A DNA stretch of 63,383 nucleotides, filler included, from Choristocarpus tenellus KU-1152 (Eukaryota > Protista > Phaeophyceae), in assembly GCA_964200185.2 (NCBI GenBank). It is 7 parts of 7 records of this genome, joined end to end, with 100 filler letters (N's around TTAATTAATTAA, not from the genome) between each part and the next. Parts side by side here need not be neighbours in the genome. Positions count along the whole stretch, not along the records: positions 39,831 to 46,378 come from CAXNAD020007886.1; positions 46,479 to 60,473 come from CAXNAD020001305.1; 5 more parts are not named here. One strand, written 5' to 3'. A program made the position numbers and the translations under genes. The notes beneath the pieces are model-generated. The model made no database searches. It was not told where the DNA came from and saw only the letters and a list, made by a program, of their open reading frames with translations. Shown here in pieces: positions 40,101 to 51,189 of the stretch (the stretch's first letter is position 1; each line of letters opens with the position of its first letter).

Positions 40101-41000
40101 CGAAACTGAAAAAAGAAGTATGGCGAGAATGAGACCAGGTCTTCAAACGGGAAACAAGCTTCTGGCGATTGCAGATGATATGAAGAACTAGCCAAAATTG
40201 GAAATGTGTTGTATGAAAGGGGCTTTCTTATGGCCTCTCCTATGTTGTTGCGTCACCAATATGGGTAAAATAACTAGCTACCTTGGGCACTTGTGATACA
40301 GCTATTTTGACGATGGCAACCTTCCAATTTGACGGTCTCTTTGTTGCATAGTCTGTAATCACCTTGGAAAAACGCAAAGTTACAACTTGGTTCATATGTC
40401 AAGGACAAAGGTTGACGTCGATGGTTGCTTGCCCCTCAACCCTATGCCTTGCGCTGAACCCCCCACTGTTTGTTCTGATCGTCTTGTGTAACTGCGGGTG
40501 CTCATTTTTATTTCAGTTCTGGGACCGAAATCAAGCAAGGAGAGGACCACCTTTGCCAACCTTGTCCAGAAAACCTTGGAAGACGTCACGGAGAGAGGGG
40601 ACTCTGATCCCTCTTTGAAGATGAAGCTGTCCGATATGCTGGAAGATGTGTATTTCTTTGACTCTTCTTCTCCTGTTGTATGATCCCACTCCAATAATGC
40701 AGATATCTTGCTTGTTGAACCCCACTTGACTGATGCTCTGATGCTGCCTCGAGTGCAGGTGCTTCTATTTTTGCTCCCACTGCACCGCCCATGTTTTGAT
40801 GCATTTCATGTTATTTTCTTATTGTTTCTTTGCTTGTTGCACTGACTGAGAATATGGGAGAGTTTTGGTAGTATCATTTGATTCCCAGAGAAGGTCTCCA
40901 AGGTGCAAAAAGGAATATGCATAGAAGGTGACCACATGATAGCCATGAAGGCTGCCGGAGTGCAATAGGGGAGTAACGCTTTGCATTTCGTGATGTACAC

Positions 41001-41003
<3 letters not shown>

Positions 41004-41037
<34 letters not shown>
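41004..41037. repeat. (TAA)n microsatellite
   Basis: Directly visible in the sequence. Confidence 0.95.
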
Positions 41038-41039
<2 letters not shown>

Positions 41040-42079
41040 CGCAGCAACAGGATTCATCTACATAATCGCAATCCAGGCCTAACAGACTACCCCCATTAAA
41101 GTCCCCTTCTTATGTAACCCTATAGCTCCTCTTGTGCATTTTTTTTCTGTATCATCTCTTCTATTGTATGGCACTATTTTATGGCATTGTTTTCCTGTGG
41201 CTCAATCCCGCAACGTCAGGGTCCCCTGAGAGGTGGGCAGGTGGGAGGCTCCCAGGTCACAAGAAGGATGTATTGTTCCGTGTCATGCACATAGAACCTT
41301 CAGTGTGGTTGCGTTGTGCGTTTGACGCAGGCAACCATGCTTCAATGTACAGGGATAAATGTCCTTCCAGCAGCCAACATTGTTTTGCAAAAGTGGGATT
41401 AGGATATGGGATTTCAAAGGGTGGTCATTGTTGACCACACCCGGTGTGTAGGTTGGTTTTTGATGTGCATTTTTTTCAAGGAAGTAGATCCCTAATCAGT
41501 TGTATTTTGTGTGATATTGTTTCATCTATTTAAAAAGGGGGAGTCTTACGGCACTGTTGCTATTTACCAGCCTTTAGCAAAGACAGCCCGAATGTTGCAT
41601 TATTTTCAATCCTCTGGTAGGGCTATCCTGTCGATCTGCATATAGATGTGCCGATTAGTGCTGATTACGCCACGCTACTATATAATAATTGATCGTCGTA
41701 GTATTGATGGGGCCTCTGCACAAACTATATTTTCTTAGACCTGTACAGTGAATTAACGTTCAGAATATGTGTCGGTACAGGTAATGTGTTGTGCAGTACC
41801 TACACACAATAACAATGGAAGATGCGCCTATTTTAATAGGAACTAATACTGAATTTATCGATGCCAATTTTGTTATTACTCATTTTTTACCATCGATTTG
41901 ATTCGCACTCTCTTCAGATTTACTGTTCACTACTACTATTATTATTTTATTATTATGCCCTCTCACATTTTTCAGGTGTGCCATAGGAAAAACTAATGAA
42001 AACTATTCATGTCTGGAAAATCCCTGAAGAGGTAACAGTTGTCACAAAAGTGAATAATGTAAATCTACAATCTACTCCA

Positions 42080-42445
42080 AGGTATTTCCCTATTTCCTAT
42101 TTTACTACTATCTATGTTCTAGTATTTCAAACCTATTCCTGCACCCCAGGGTGAGGAGCTAGGGAAGCATTCCAAGTATCTAATAAACTCCTCCTTGCCC
42201 ATCTCCCTGGTGACTCCAACTTAAAATGCATGACCCATGTAGATAGGGCTACTTGCGTTGTGACTGAGACTATCTGGCGTAGGCGGGATTTGATGGCACC
42301 TTTTCTGGTGTAGTCTCCAGTTCCTCTCCCCCTTACCGCGTGTGTAGCTAGCTCATCCAAGAAACGTTCCAGTTCCTTGCCGAGGCGCCCAAAACTTTCC
42401 ACCGAGAAGGTGTTGAGGTTATAACTACGAGGGTCAAAAGAGTCC
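42080..42445 (-). mobile_element. 3' fragment of the same CRE-like non-LTR element found at 59-457
   Basis: It encodes VESFGRLGKELERFLDELATHAVRGRG...LRQIVSVTTQVALS and matches 59-457 at the nucleotide level. A further fragment lies at 46330-46378. Confidence 0.7.
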
Positions 42446-42849
42446 TTGTATTATGGAGGGAACGGAATATTCACAATATGTATAGCAACATTGAACTATT
42501 CCAAAACATCACTATTATTAATGATATGAGGCATCTTCACCAAAGAATTTTATGAAAATCTCTGACTCAACCAGATCCAAAAAAGAGTTTCTTTCAGATG
42601 TTCTTCTGGGTCATCTATACCGTGATAGATATACCATTGCTGTTATAGTGGTACGAATGGCTTATGCCTCTAAGGTTGTCCCATCATAACTTTTGATGTC
42701 GGATTTAAAAATAAATGCATACTCGTGATGCTCGTTACAAATTCCTCCAGAGTACGACTTCGTTTTTCCAGTGTTTTTTTAAAGAAAGAGCTCTCATACT
42801 GGGGTTCGAACCCGGGATAGTAGGTCACCAAGAATGACAACAGATGTAG

Positions 42850-44490
42850 TATTACTTGATTGAAGTATACTTGGTTAGGTGGGGAAAAAACGCCTGTCAA
42901 ACGAACGACCCACGGAATGAACGCTAAATGTAAATATAACTCTTGTCTCCATCTGCCACCAGGAATTCCGAATGTGCTGGGCGCCTATGAGACTTGTACC
43001 TCCTTTACTCCTTGTCGGCTTCCGATCCAGTGGCAGTCAACTTGAAGTAGACAAGATGGTAAGTGTACACCTTCTTGCAGTATTTCTCCACGACCAAACA
43101 GCCTGCCTATCCTCAACTGGCTTCAAGCTCAAAGGGACGTTTTTTCGGAGTCTTTCCAAAGAATAGGTACAACGCTGTCGTAGCCAGTGCATTCCTCGAC
43201 TCCACACGAGCTCAATGGGGTTCACTTTACAGTGATACATTGTTGGGAGCACTAGGCATACCCCTCCGTACTGCTCAAAAAGAAGCTGAAGACTAGGAAC
43301 TACCTCATTGAGGTCCCTCTGCTCTACATTTACATGCAACATGCTTTTGCTTGGGTTATGTTTTTTCCCCATCCCCCCCCCGTCCTTTGCCATTCCGGTG
43401 TGTAAATACTCTCAATCTCACCTCCTTTCTTCCCTGGCGTCCACGTCGATGGTTACCTCCACCTGCTTCGCAACCTCTTCTAAGTAAAGGTTTTGGTACT
43501 ATCGAAAAGTTTCCACAGCTGCCTTTGTTACTATCACTTTCTCTTTCGCCTTGCAAGCCTTTCGGCCTTCTTTCGGACTTCAGAGCCCTTGTAGCCTATC
43601 CCTAACACCTTTTTTCTTGTTTCCTTAAGCCACTCCAGCTCGCATAGGTTCCAGACAGCCAGGGCCTGCTGCAACTGTCGACTACTAAGATATTCTACAC
43701 CCGGGTTTTCGCTTAGGCGTTTCCTGAGCGCAATGGCACGCAGTTGTACTGCTCTCCTCCCCAACCTTCCCTTCGGGCGGCCACCCTCATTCCCCCTTCG
43801 ATCGCTGTGACCAGACTTCCCCACAGACTTCGTCTCTGTACCACCTGGTGATGGACTCGCCACGCTCTTCCTGCTTTCCCGAGGCAGCAGAGAATGTGGA
43901 GCAGTGCTCCGATGTGGTTGAAGATCCAACCACGTTTGTGTGGTAATGCCTTTAATGTGTCTTCTGTCAGTGTCAGTGTCACGGTCCCGTGGTCCATTTT
44001 TCGATTTGATCATACTGCTGTGCCACAGTACACGCACTTTCTTGTCATCTAACATTGCACTGAGTGTCACATGGTACTTTCTTTTCCGTCGCCTCTCGAC
44101 AGAGAAGGTGCCGATGGTAAATCCAGGGGGCAGGGCAGAGTGGCCTCGGTGGCTCTCCTTGTCTCACCGCCGTGGTTCATGTTGCTGCGTAAGTCACCCA
44201 TGTGTGTGGTCACAGCCTGTCTGCAAATGGCACTAAATAAGATGTCCGCAAATCTTGTTATTTTCTCGGTATTGCCACACACACCATATTCGAACAGGGG
44301 CCTAATCAGCATCTGTTTTTTGGGGGGAGTTCAGCCAACCATTCCATTTTATCCGTTTTGAAGTTGTGACCATCAAAATTGCGCCGGAGATGTTCCTCCG
44401 CGTTTTTGCCATTCTTTGATCGAGGCATAGTTCCCGTTCCCCAAGGTCTGGATATTTGTGCATACTGATCTTCCAACATTCTTGTTATAT
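42850..44490 (-). mobile_element. Internally deleted IS630/Tc1/mariner-superfamily DNA transposon, copy 1 (retains the catalytic C-terminus)
   Basis: ORF 43037-43393 contains VLPTMYHCKVNPIELVWS...RQRCTYSLERLRKNVPLSL, the LPK(F/Y)HCELNPIE-type DDE third-acid motif. Frameshifts and stops occur upstream. Confidence 0.7.
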
Positions 44491-44661
44491 CCTTTCAGCT
44501 AATATATACATTGTTGTGTAGTTCTGGAGGCAATACAGTGAAAAAAAGCAAGATTTCTTCTGAGAGTTAAGTTATTGGTAAGGTGTTAAGGTGGTACCAG
44601 TAGCTTCGCCCTCTGACGCAATCGTAGTTTGTTTCGCCGTGTTGCCACAACAGTTATACAA

Positions 44662-44695
<34 letters not shown>

Positions 44696-44704
44696 AATGC
44701 AGAC

Positions 44705-46327
44705 GTATGACACGAGCGTTTCAAGGTTTGTATGCAAAAATGTCCAGGCTTCAGGAAAGGAGAGCTATGTCCCCATCAAAGAATGGCAAAAACGCGGAGG
44801 AACATCTCCGGCGTAATTTTGATGGACACAACTTCAAAACGGATAAAATTGAATGGTTGGCTGAACTCCTTGCAACCACCTGGTCTGGGGTACGTCACTG
44901 CCCAAGTTTGATTATGTAGCAATACCGAGAAAATAACAAGATTTGCGGACATCTTATTTAGCGCCATTTGCAGACAGGCTGTGACCACACACATGGGTGA
45001 CTTACACAGCAACATGAACCATGACGGTGAGACGAGGAGAGTCACCGAGGCCACTCTGTCCCCTGGATTCACCATCGGCACTTCTCTATCGAGAGGCGAC
45101 GGAGAAGCAAGTACCGTGTGACACTCAGTGCGATGTTAGATGACAAGAAAGTGCATGTATACTGTGGTGCAGCAGTATAATCAAATAGCAAAATGGATCA
45201 CGGGACCATGACACTGACGCTGAGAGAAGATATATTAAAGGCATTACCACACAAACGTGGTTGGATCTTCAACCACATCGGAGCACTGTTCTGCAGTCTC
45301 TGCTGCCTCGGGAAAGCAGGAAGAGCGTAGCGAGTCCATCACCAGGTGGTACAGAGACGAAGTCTGTGGGGAAGTCTGGTCACGGCGACTGAAGGGGGAA
45401 TGAGGGTGGTCGGCTGAAGAGAAGTTTGGGGAAGAGAGCAGTACGACTGAGTGCCATTGCGCTCAGGAAACGCCTAAGCGAAAACCCGGGTGTAGAATAT
45501 CTTAGTAGTCGACAGTTGCAGCAGGCCCTGGCTATCTGGAAGCTGTACGAGCCGGAGTGGCTCAAGGAAACAAGAAGGTGTTAGGGATAGGCTACAAGGG
45601 CTCTGAAGTTCGAAAGAAGGTCGAAAGGGCTCACAAGGCGGAGGAGAAAGCGATAGTAACAAAGGCAACTGTGGAGACATTTCGATAGTACCAAACCCTT
45701 TACTTAGAAGAGGTTGCGAAGCAGGTGGAGGTAGCCATTGGCATGGACGCCAGGGAAGAAGAGGAGGCGAGATTGAGACTATGTGCACACCAATGGTTTG
45801 GTGTCTCCCACTTCTTGCAAGATGCCGTACATTCACTTTTGTTTCTGGACTTAGGGTGTATAAAGTTGATTAAGGCTTTCTCCCAGCCTGCACTCATTCG
45901 AGAAATCAACATAATTTTCGATCAACTCAAGCCTGTCCTCCCTCACCCTCGCGCCTTGATAAAATATCACCCATCCAGGAAACACTGATAACGCCCATTT
46001 CCAGCGCTCAACAAGGAAATGTGATAGCTAAGGCTCTAACAATGCAAATCCTGTACCTGTGTATGAACGATGGAGAAAAATGTCAAACGACGCTCGAGAT
46101 GGCAACAGGATATGCGATGGTCAGGCTGGAAACTGTGAGTAAATGGGAGAAAGACTTCCTAACTAAGGGACACATCAAGGTGTCGGAGCAAGGGCGCTAT
46201 GAGAGGCATTTCGTTCTGGGCGTCGACGAGGACATCCTTCCCGAGGTCAAAGAGTGGGTGCGTGAACACACAGGAAGAAAGGGTGGGGAGGCTTTTTTCC
46301 AGCCTAGACAAGTACACTTTAATCAAG
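44705..46327 (+). mobile_element. Internally deleted copy 2 of the same transposon, inverted (retains the HTH-like N-terminal region)
   Basis: 44705-45797 is the diverged reverse complement of 43390-44490. ORF 46021-46341 reads TVSKWEKDFLTKGHIKVSEQGRYER...DEDILPEVKEWVR. 46285-46327 matches the reverse complement of 42852-42895. Confidence 0.7.
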
Positions 46328-46478
46328 TAGGGGGGAGCTAGGGAGGCATCCCAAGAATCCAACAAACAACTCCGTGCCNNNNNNNNNNNNNNNNNNNNNN
46401 NNNNNNNNNNNNNNNNNNNNNNTTAATTAATTAANNNNNNNNNNNNNNNNNNNNNNNNNNNNNNNNNNNNNNNNNNNN

Positions 46479-48033
46479 CGAAATTCAAATCAATTTTACC
46501 ATACCCTACAATGGGCAGTGATGTGCCGTCAGCCACAGTTATTTTGTGGCTTTGTGGACATGTGGTGAAATCATATATATTGGTCGAGTCATTTGTTACA
46601 CTGTTAGAGGCACCCGAATCGAAACACCAAGTTTCGAAAGCATCCAAACTCACCTCGCCATTGTTAGTCATCGCGGCTAACATGGTCTTGAATTTCCTCC
46701 CTGTTCTAGCTGGTCCACCTAATCCCGTCTCGAACTTCCTCCTTGGCCTAGCCGGCAACTCTGATCCAGCTAGTTCTTCCGCAGCGTCCTGCGGGTTCGC
46801 CCTCTGGCGATACGCATTCCCCACCATCTTTGGTGGTCCTCCCTTCTTATAGGGGCACTCAGCTTGCCGGTGGCCTTTTCTTCCACAGCTGTAACACAGT
46901 CCTTGATATTTATAGGAAACTGCGTGCTTTCCTGTCTTCTGGGATGATCCTCTCATCCCAGGGTATGTACGGTGATCAGTCGTACCCTGGCTGCCATTTA
47001 GGCTAGCCCTTCTTGAGTTCCTCGCGGCTAGAGTACCACCAGGCTCTCCGCTGTCTCCTATTTCTTGTTGGAGCGAGAAATAGCGCAAACAAGCGGCTTG
47101 TTGAATAGTAGTCCTCGAACGCTCCTCCTTGTTATGGTGCTGGAGATAGTGTTTGGTTATTTAATAGTCCTCATCCAAACAATGCAGCATGGCGATTTCT
47201 AGGACTTGCTCGGACATCACATGCCCCATCATCGCCATCTGGCCAACTCAGTCCAGCATCATAGTGAAGGTGATTTGGGGATCAGATCCCCTTGGCATCT
47301 TGACCGCCATGACCTTCCTTTGGAGTCTGGCTATTTCCTCATCTGATTGAATAGGGAAATGGTCTCGTAGTTGTTGCCATGCTCCTGAAGGTGAGGCAGC
47401 ATTCCGGACTATACACCGGTGAATTCCGCTGGTACTCCTCAGCAGGACGTCATATGCCTTCTTGGCCTTGGTGACTTCGTTTTCACTGACATCTTCGCCC
47501 TTGATGAATTCGATGTCACCAACTCTGATGGGTATCCTTCTATACTCCAGTGCCTCATCAATGTCCCCCTTAGCCCCCAAAAATGCGCGCGTTGTAGTGA
47601 ACCAGTCCACATAATTGTTGTCCGAGAGCTGGAGGAGTTTGATGTTGGTCCCATCAGAAGCCATGAGTGGTGCTATGCCAATTCAAAACAAACCAGTCTG
47701 GCTGCGCCTCCCCTGGCCAGAGTTTGGATTAAGCGCTTAAGCGTGTTGAGAAGCTTGACGCACATGAGGCTCGTCGCCGGAAGCTAGCTGTTGAATTACA
47801 TGGTAAAGCACACACTGAATTATTAGTTGCCTGTCAACCATCCATCATCACTGACGTGTGGATTAATGTTGACTTATTATCTTTTATATACGTACGTATT
47901 CTGTATCATACCTAACCAAATATAAACGTACGTATTCTGTATCATACCTAACCAAATATAAACGTACGTATAACCTATGTTGTAGACTTGTGTCAGCAGA
48001 AACAAAGTAAGGATAACACTAGGTTATTCGACA
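46479..48033 (-). mobile_element. Ty1/copia LTR retrotransposon, 5' part: LTR (47789-48033), gag and protease; inactive
   Basis: Gag starts at ATG 47664 (NNYVDW, SPSGAWQQL). It has a CCHC knuckle (CYSCGRKGHRQAEC) and a protease (WCFDSGAS...ITVADGTSLPIVGYGKI), with two in-frame stops. The LTR is bounded by TGT...ACA and carries an internal 36-bp tandem duplication (47890-47970). Confidence 0.9.
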
Positions 48034-49780
48034 AAAGGGAGTATAGATGTAGAATATGTATTTTTAGATTATATAGTTGCTCTGGTACACCCCTAAAGAG
48101 TATTCACCTAGGCTAGCAGTTGCTCGTTTACTAGTGACAGACATCATAGCACTAGCGCATCTGCAGACTAGCCACCAGGGAGTCGGACGATACTTCTGCC
48201 CTAACCCGACGATACTTCTTTTGACCCTCACTCCACAAAGACACACAGGATTATGTTCTATCCTGTGGCTGCCGGAGACGAAAAATGACAAGGAGCGCAC
48301 AAGCGGCAATGCTACCAGCCAAGTTCCTGGAACCATGGGATGTATTTGACATGGATCTACAAGATGTGGTGTTCGAACACTAGTAAAGTGTTCTAACATG
48401 TGTGACACATCTCGGCAAAAGGCAACAAGTAGTATCTATTAATTGTGATTGATAGAGCTTCAAGATTCCCTTTTGCATTCCCAATGGTGTCGAAGTAAGC
48501 AGCTGGAGTAGCAACAAACGTGTTGGGATTATGTCTACATTTGGGATCCCTCTGTCAATTCGTAGTGGTGCACGAGGGGAGTTCACAGGAGACATAATGA
48601 ACCTCCTTTGTTGTTGGCTGAAGGTCCCTATTAATTATGGACCCATTGGCAACTCAAGAAGACAAGGGGAAGTAGAAAATATGGGGGGATTGCTTTAGAA
48701 GTCCTCTCAGAACTATGCATGAAGTGGACAGATAGATGGGATGAGTATGTATCTCCGGCATTTTGGGCACAGCGCACTACTCCAGATCCATATGACCCCC
48801 CAAACCCCATTCCCTTCCGAGTCTTGTTTGGTCGTGATCCTCGCACACAGCTAGAAGCCCTCATACCCAAGTTGGATGGGGACGTAGAGGTTGGAGGATT
48901 GGATTCTTCCATTGAGCAACGCAGACAGAACTTCAGGGAGGTACGAGAAGTACTGGAGAGACGAGTGTCTGCAAGACAGAAGAACAGGGAGAGAGTAAAC
49001 GCTTTGATTGCCAGGTCTTCCCCAGGATTAGGATCCGAACCAGATGACCTAGTTTTAGTGAAGGAAGCAGACAGCTCTATCCATGGGGAAAAACTAGGTG
49101 AGACAAGAGTGGGCAAAAGCTAGTCCATGAAAGAAGGACTGGACCGTGGACTGTAAAGGAAATTTCACATCAGAGTAGTAGCATGGCAGTCGAATCGCTG
49201 GGTAGGCAAACACGCACACGTAATGTTCATACTTCTCATGTGAAACCCTTCCACGTAAGACACATTCACCTGAGACATAGCTTTCAAGATGAATATGCCC
49301 AACTGGTGTGGGAATCGGACCTAGGTCTAACAGAGGAATCTGTGGTAGCAAACCCCTATGTACACCCTCACTGACAGAAAAGCAGCATTGTCGCCATCCA
49401 ATGCATAGCACTGGGAGTACAAGGGAAAGCATCAAAATGGACATTTGTCAGATTGGGTAACCCAAAAAGAAGCTATGGATAGCTTCACCCCACTACAGTT
49501 GGATGTCTTCCATGCCCTCTGGGACCTCTACAATCCAGACACGAGCCCACGTCCTATTGACACCTCTCACCAAGGAAAGCCCTTATCCCGAGAGGGTGCA
49601 TTATGCCTCTTCCCCACAGGTACCACTGTCAAGAAGTCGTGGAAAGACGAGAAAGGGAGAGATAAGTGGTACACAGGTACAGTTTTTGAATTGAAGTCAC
49701 CTTACTGGAGGGTACGGTTTAATGATGGGGATTGGGAGGAATTGAACAAAAGTGAAATGAGTCGCTTCTCACAAAAATGA
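48034..49780 (+). mobile_element. Ty3/gypsy integrase region (decayed) with a C-terminal chromo-like and Tudor-like extension
   Basis: It has an HHCC finger (AHLQTSHQGV...YVLSCGCRRRK) and core motifs FGIPLSIRS..GEF, WDEYVSPAFWAQRTTP and PFRVLFGRDP, with frameshifts. The tail reads VKKSWK...WYTGTVFELKSPYWRVRFNDGDWEEL. Confidence 0.85.
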
Positions 49781-51013
49781 CCCAACAGGTAACTAGTGTA
49801 CATCCAGAAGACAGGGTACGTGAGGACTAACCAATCCATGTAAGAACACAGGAATCAAATAGTCATAGTCATAGTCCTCGCAGAGAACGTAAGGCAGCAG
49901 AAGTCAGAAACATTAAGTAACTCATATCAGCCCAGACAGTAATTTATATAGTATGCTTTTTTTTTCTTCTTCTTTGTTATTTTTTTCTATTTTTGTCAGA
50001 CCAGGTACCTAATCCCTTAAGTCCTTATTTTGCTCTATCTTTCTTCAGTCCTTTCTTTTCTGGCCCTTGTCTCTCTTTTTTTTGCGCTGATGTTGATGTT
50101 ATTGCCTATTTTACGCACTAGCAGCCGTCAGTATGCTTCATGCTGGGGGGCATGAGACAGGCAATAAAATCAGATGATACTTGGCACCTTCGGAAACTGT
50201 ACTTGTAGAAAGAGAAAAGGTATACTTAGATTAGGCTAAATGCAGACAGATTTCTCCAAGTAGATAAGGATATATGTTTTGGACCTAGTAGGAGTTAGTT
50301 TTTTTTTCTTCTTTCTTTCTCCTTGCCACAGGATGATCTGAGGTGATTGATGATATCTATTGCCGTCACCGGTGACAATCACCTGTGGTAAGCGCAGAAC
50401 ATGCATTGCTAGTTCACGCTGAGGGGCATGTTACAGGCAAATAGCGCGAGCATTTCTTGTGTTCTAGCAAGCGCGAGCATTATACGAGATTAGTAGCACA
50501 TAGGTAGTCTTGCAGAATAAATGCTGATTTCTTAGAAGATGCAAAGTAAGATTCGTAATGCATACGTAACCTTACAGAAGAAACGTTATAATTCCTAGAA
50601 GTTACAGAACAAAGGTTTATGATTGGAGTATGTATACAGCAGTTTACACGTATCTTTTACCTTATGGTCCGTAGAAAACGGGTAGATGATGATAATATAA
50701 GAGGACTTTTGGAAACTATCCATTACCCCTCTTTCATTCTTTGATCTTGAGCGAAACATGAAGTCGAGCATTGAGCTAAGCACTGAGTGAGGCATCAAAA
50801 GAAGATTGTCTGACGCCCCAAGTAGCTATCACCAAGGGCCATGCCCCCATAGTCTCGTTTTGAGGCCGTTGGATTAGAGTTGCACATGACCCAAAGTATC
50901 TGGGGGGGGGGGGGGGCGACCGCAGGGTAGTCCTGAGGGGCCCGCCCAAGTAAAACATACATCACGCAACCTACCACAGCAAACNNNNNNNNNNTTGGAT
51001 TAGAGTTGCACAT

Positions 51014-51189
51014 GGCCCAAAGTATCTGGGGGGGGGGGGTCTCACCAGGGTGTTCATCTGGGCCATAACCAGGAAAAGTGTACTTCCATTATCCATCCAA
51101 CGTATGTAACCAAATCACCCAAAATCGCGAAATGAAAAAGTTGTCCCCAAATGGACAGTCGCCACCCCCCCCCCCAGATACTTTGGCTC
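51014..51189 (+). mobile_element. 176-bp MITE with TIR G(G/A)(C/G)CCAAAGTATCTGGGGG and a 4-bp TSD ACAT
   Basis: The termini are inverted. ACAT lies at 51010-51013 and 51190-51193. A paralogous empty site with a single ACAT lies at about 51728-51780. Confidence 0.85.

Noticed and set aside
50869-50994. Second MITE inserted at an identical flank
   Set aside because: It repeats the same flank just before a 10-N gap but has a different interior, probably from mis-extension through poly-G.
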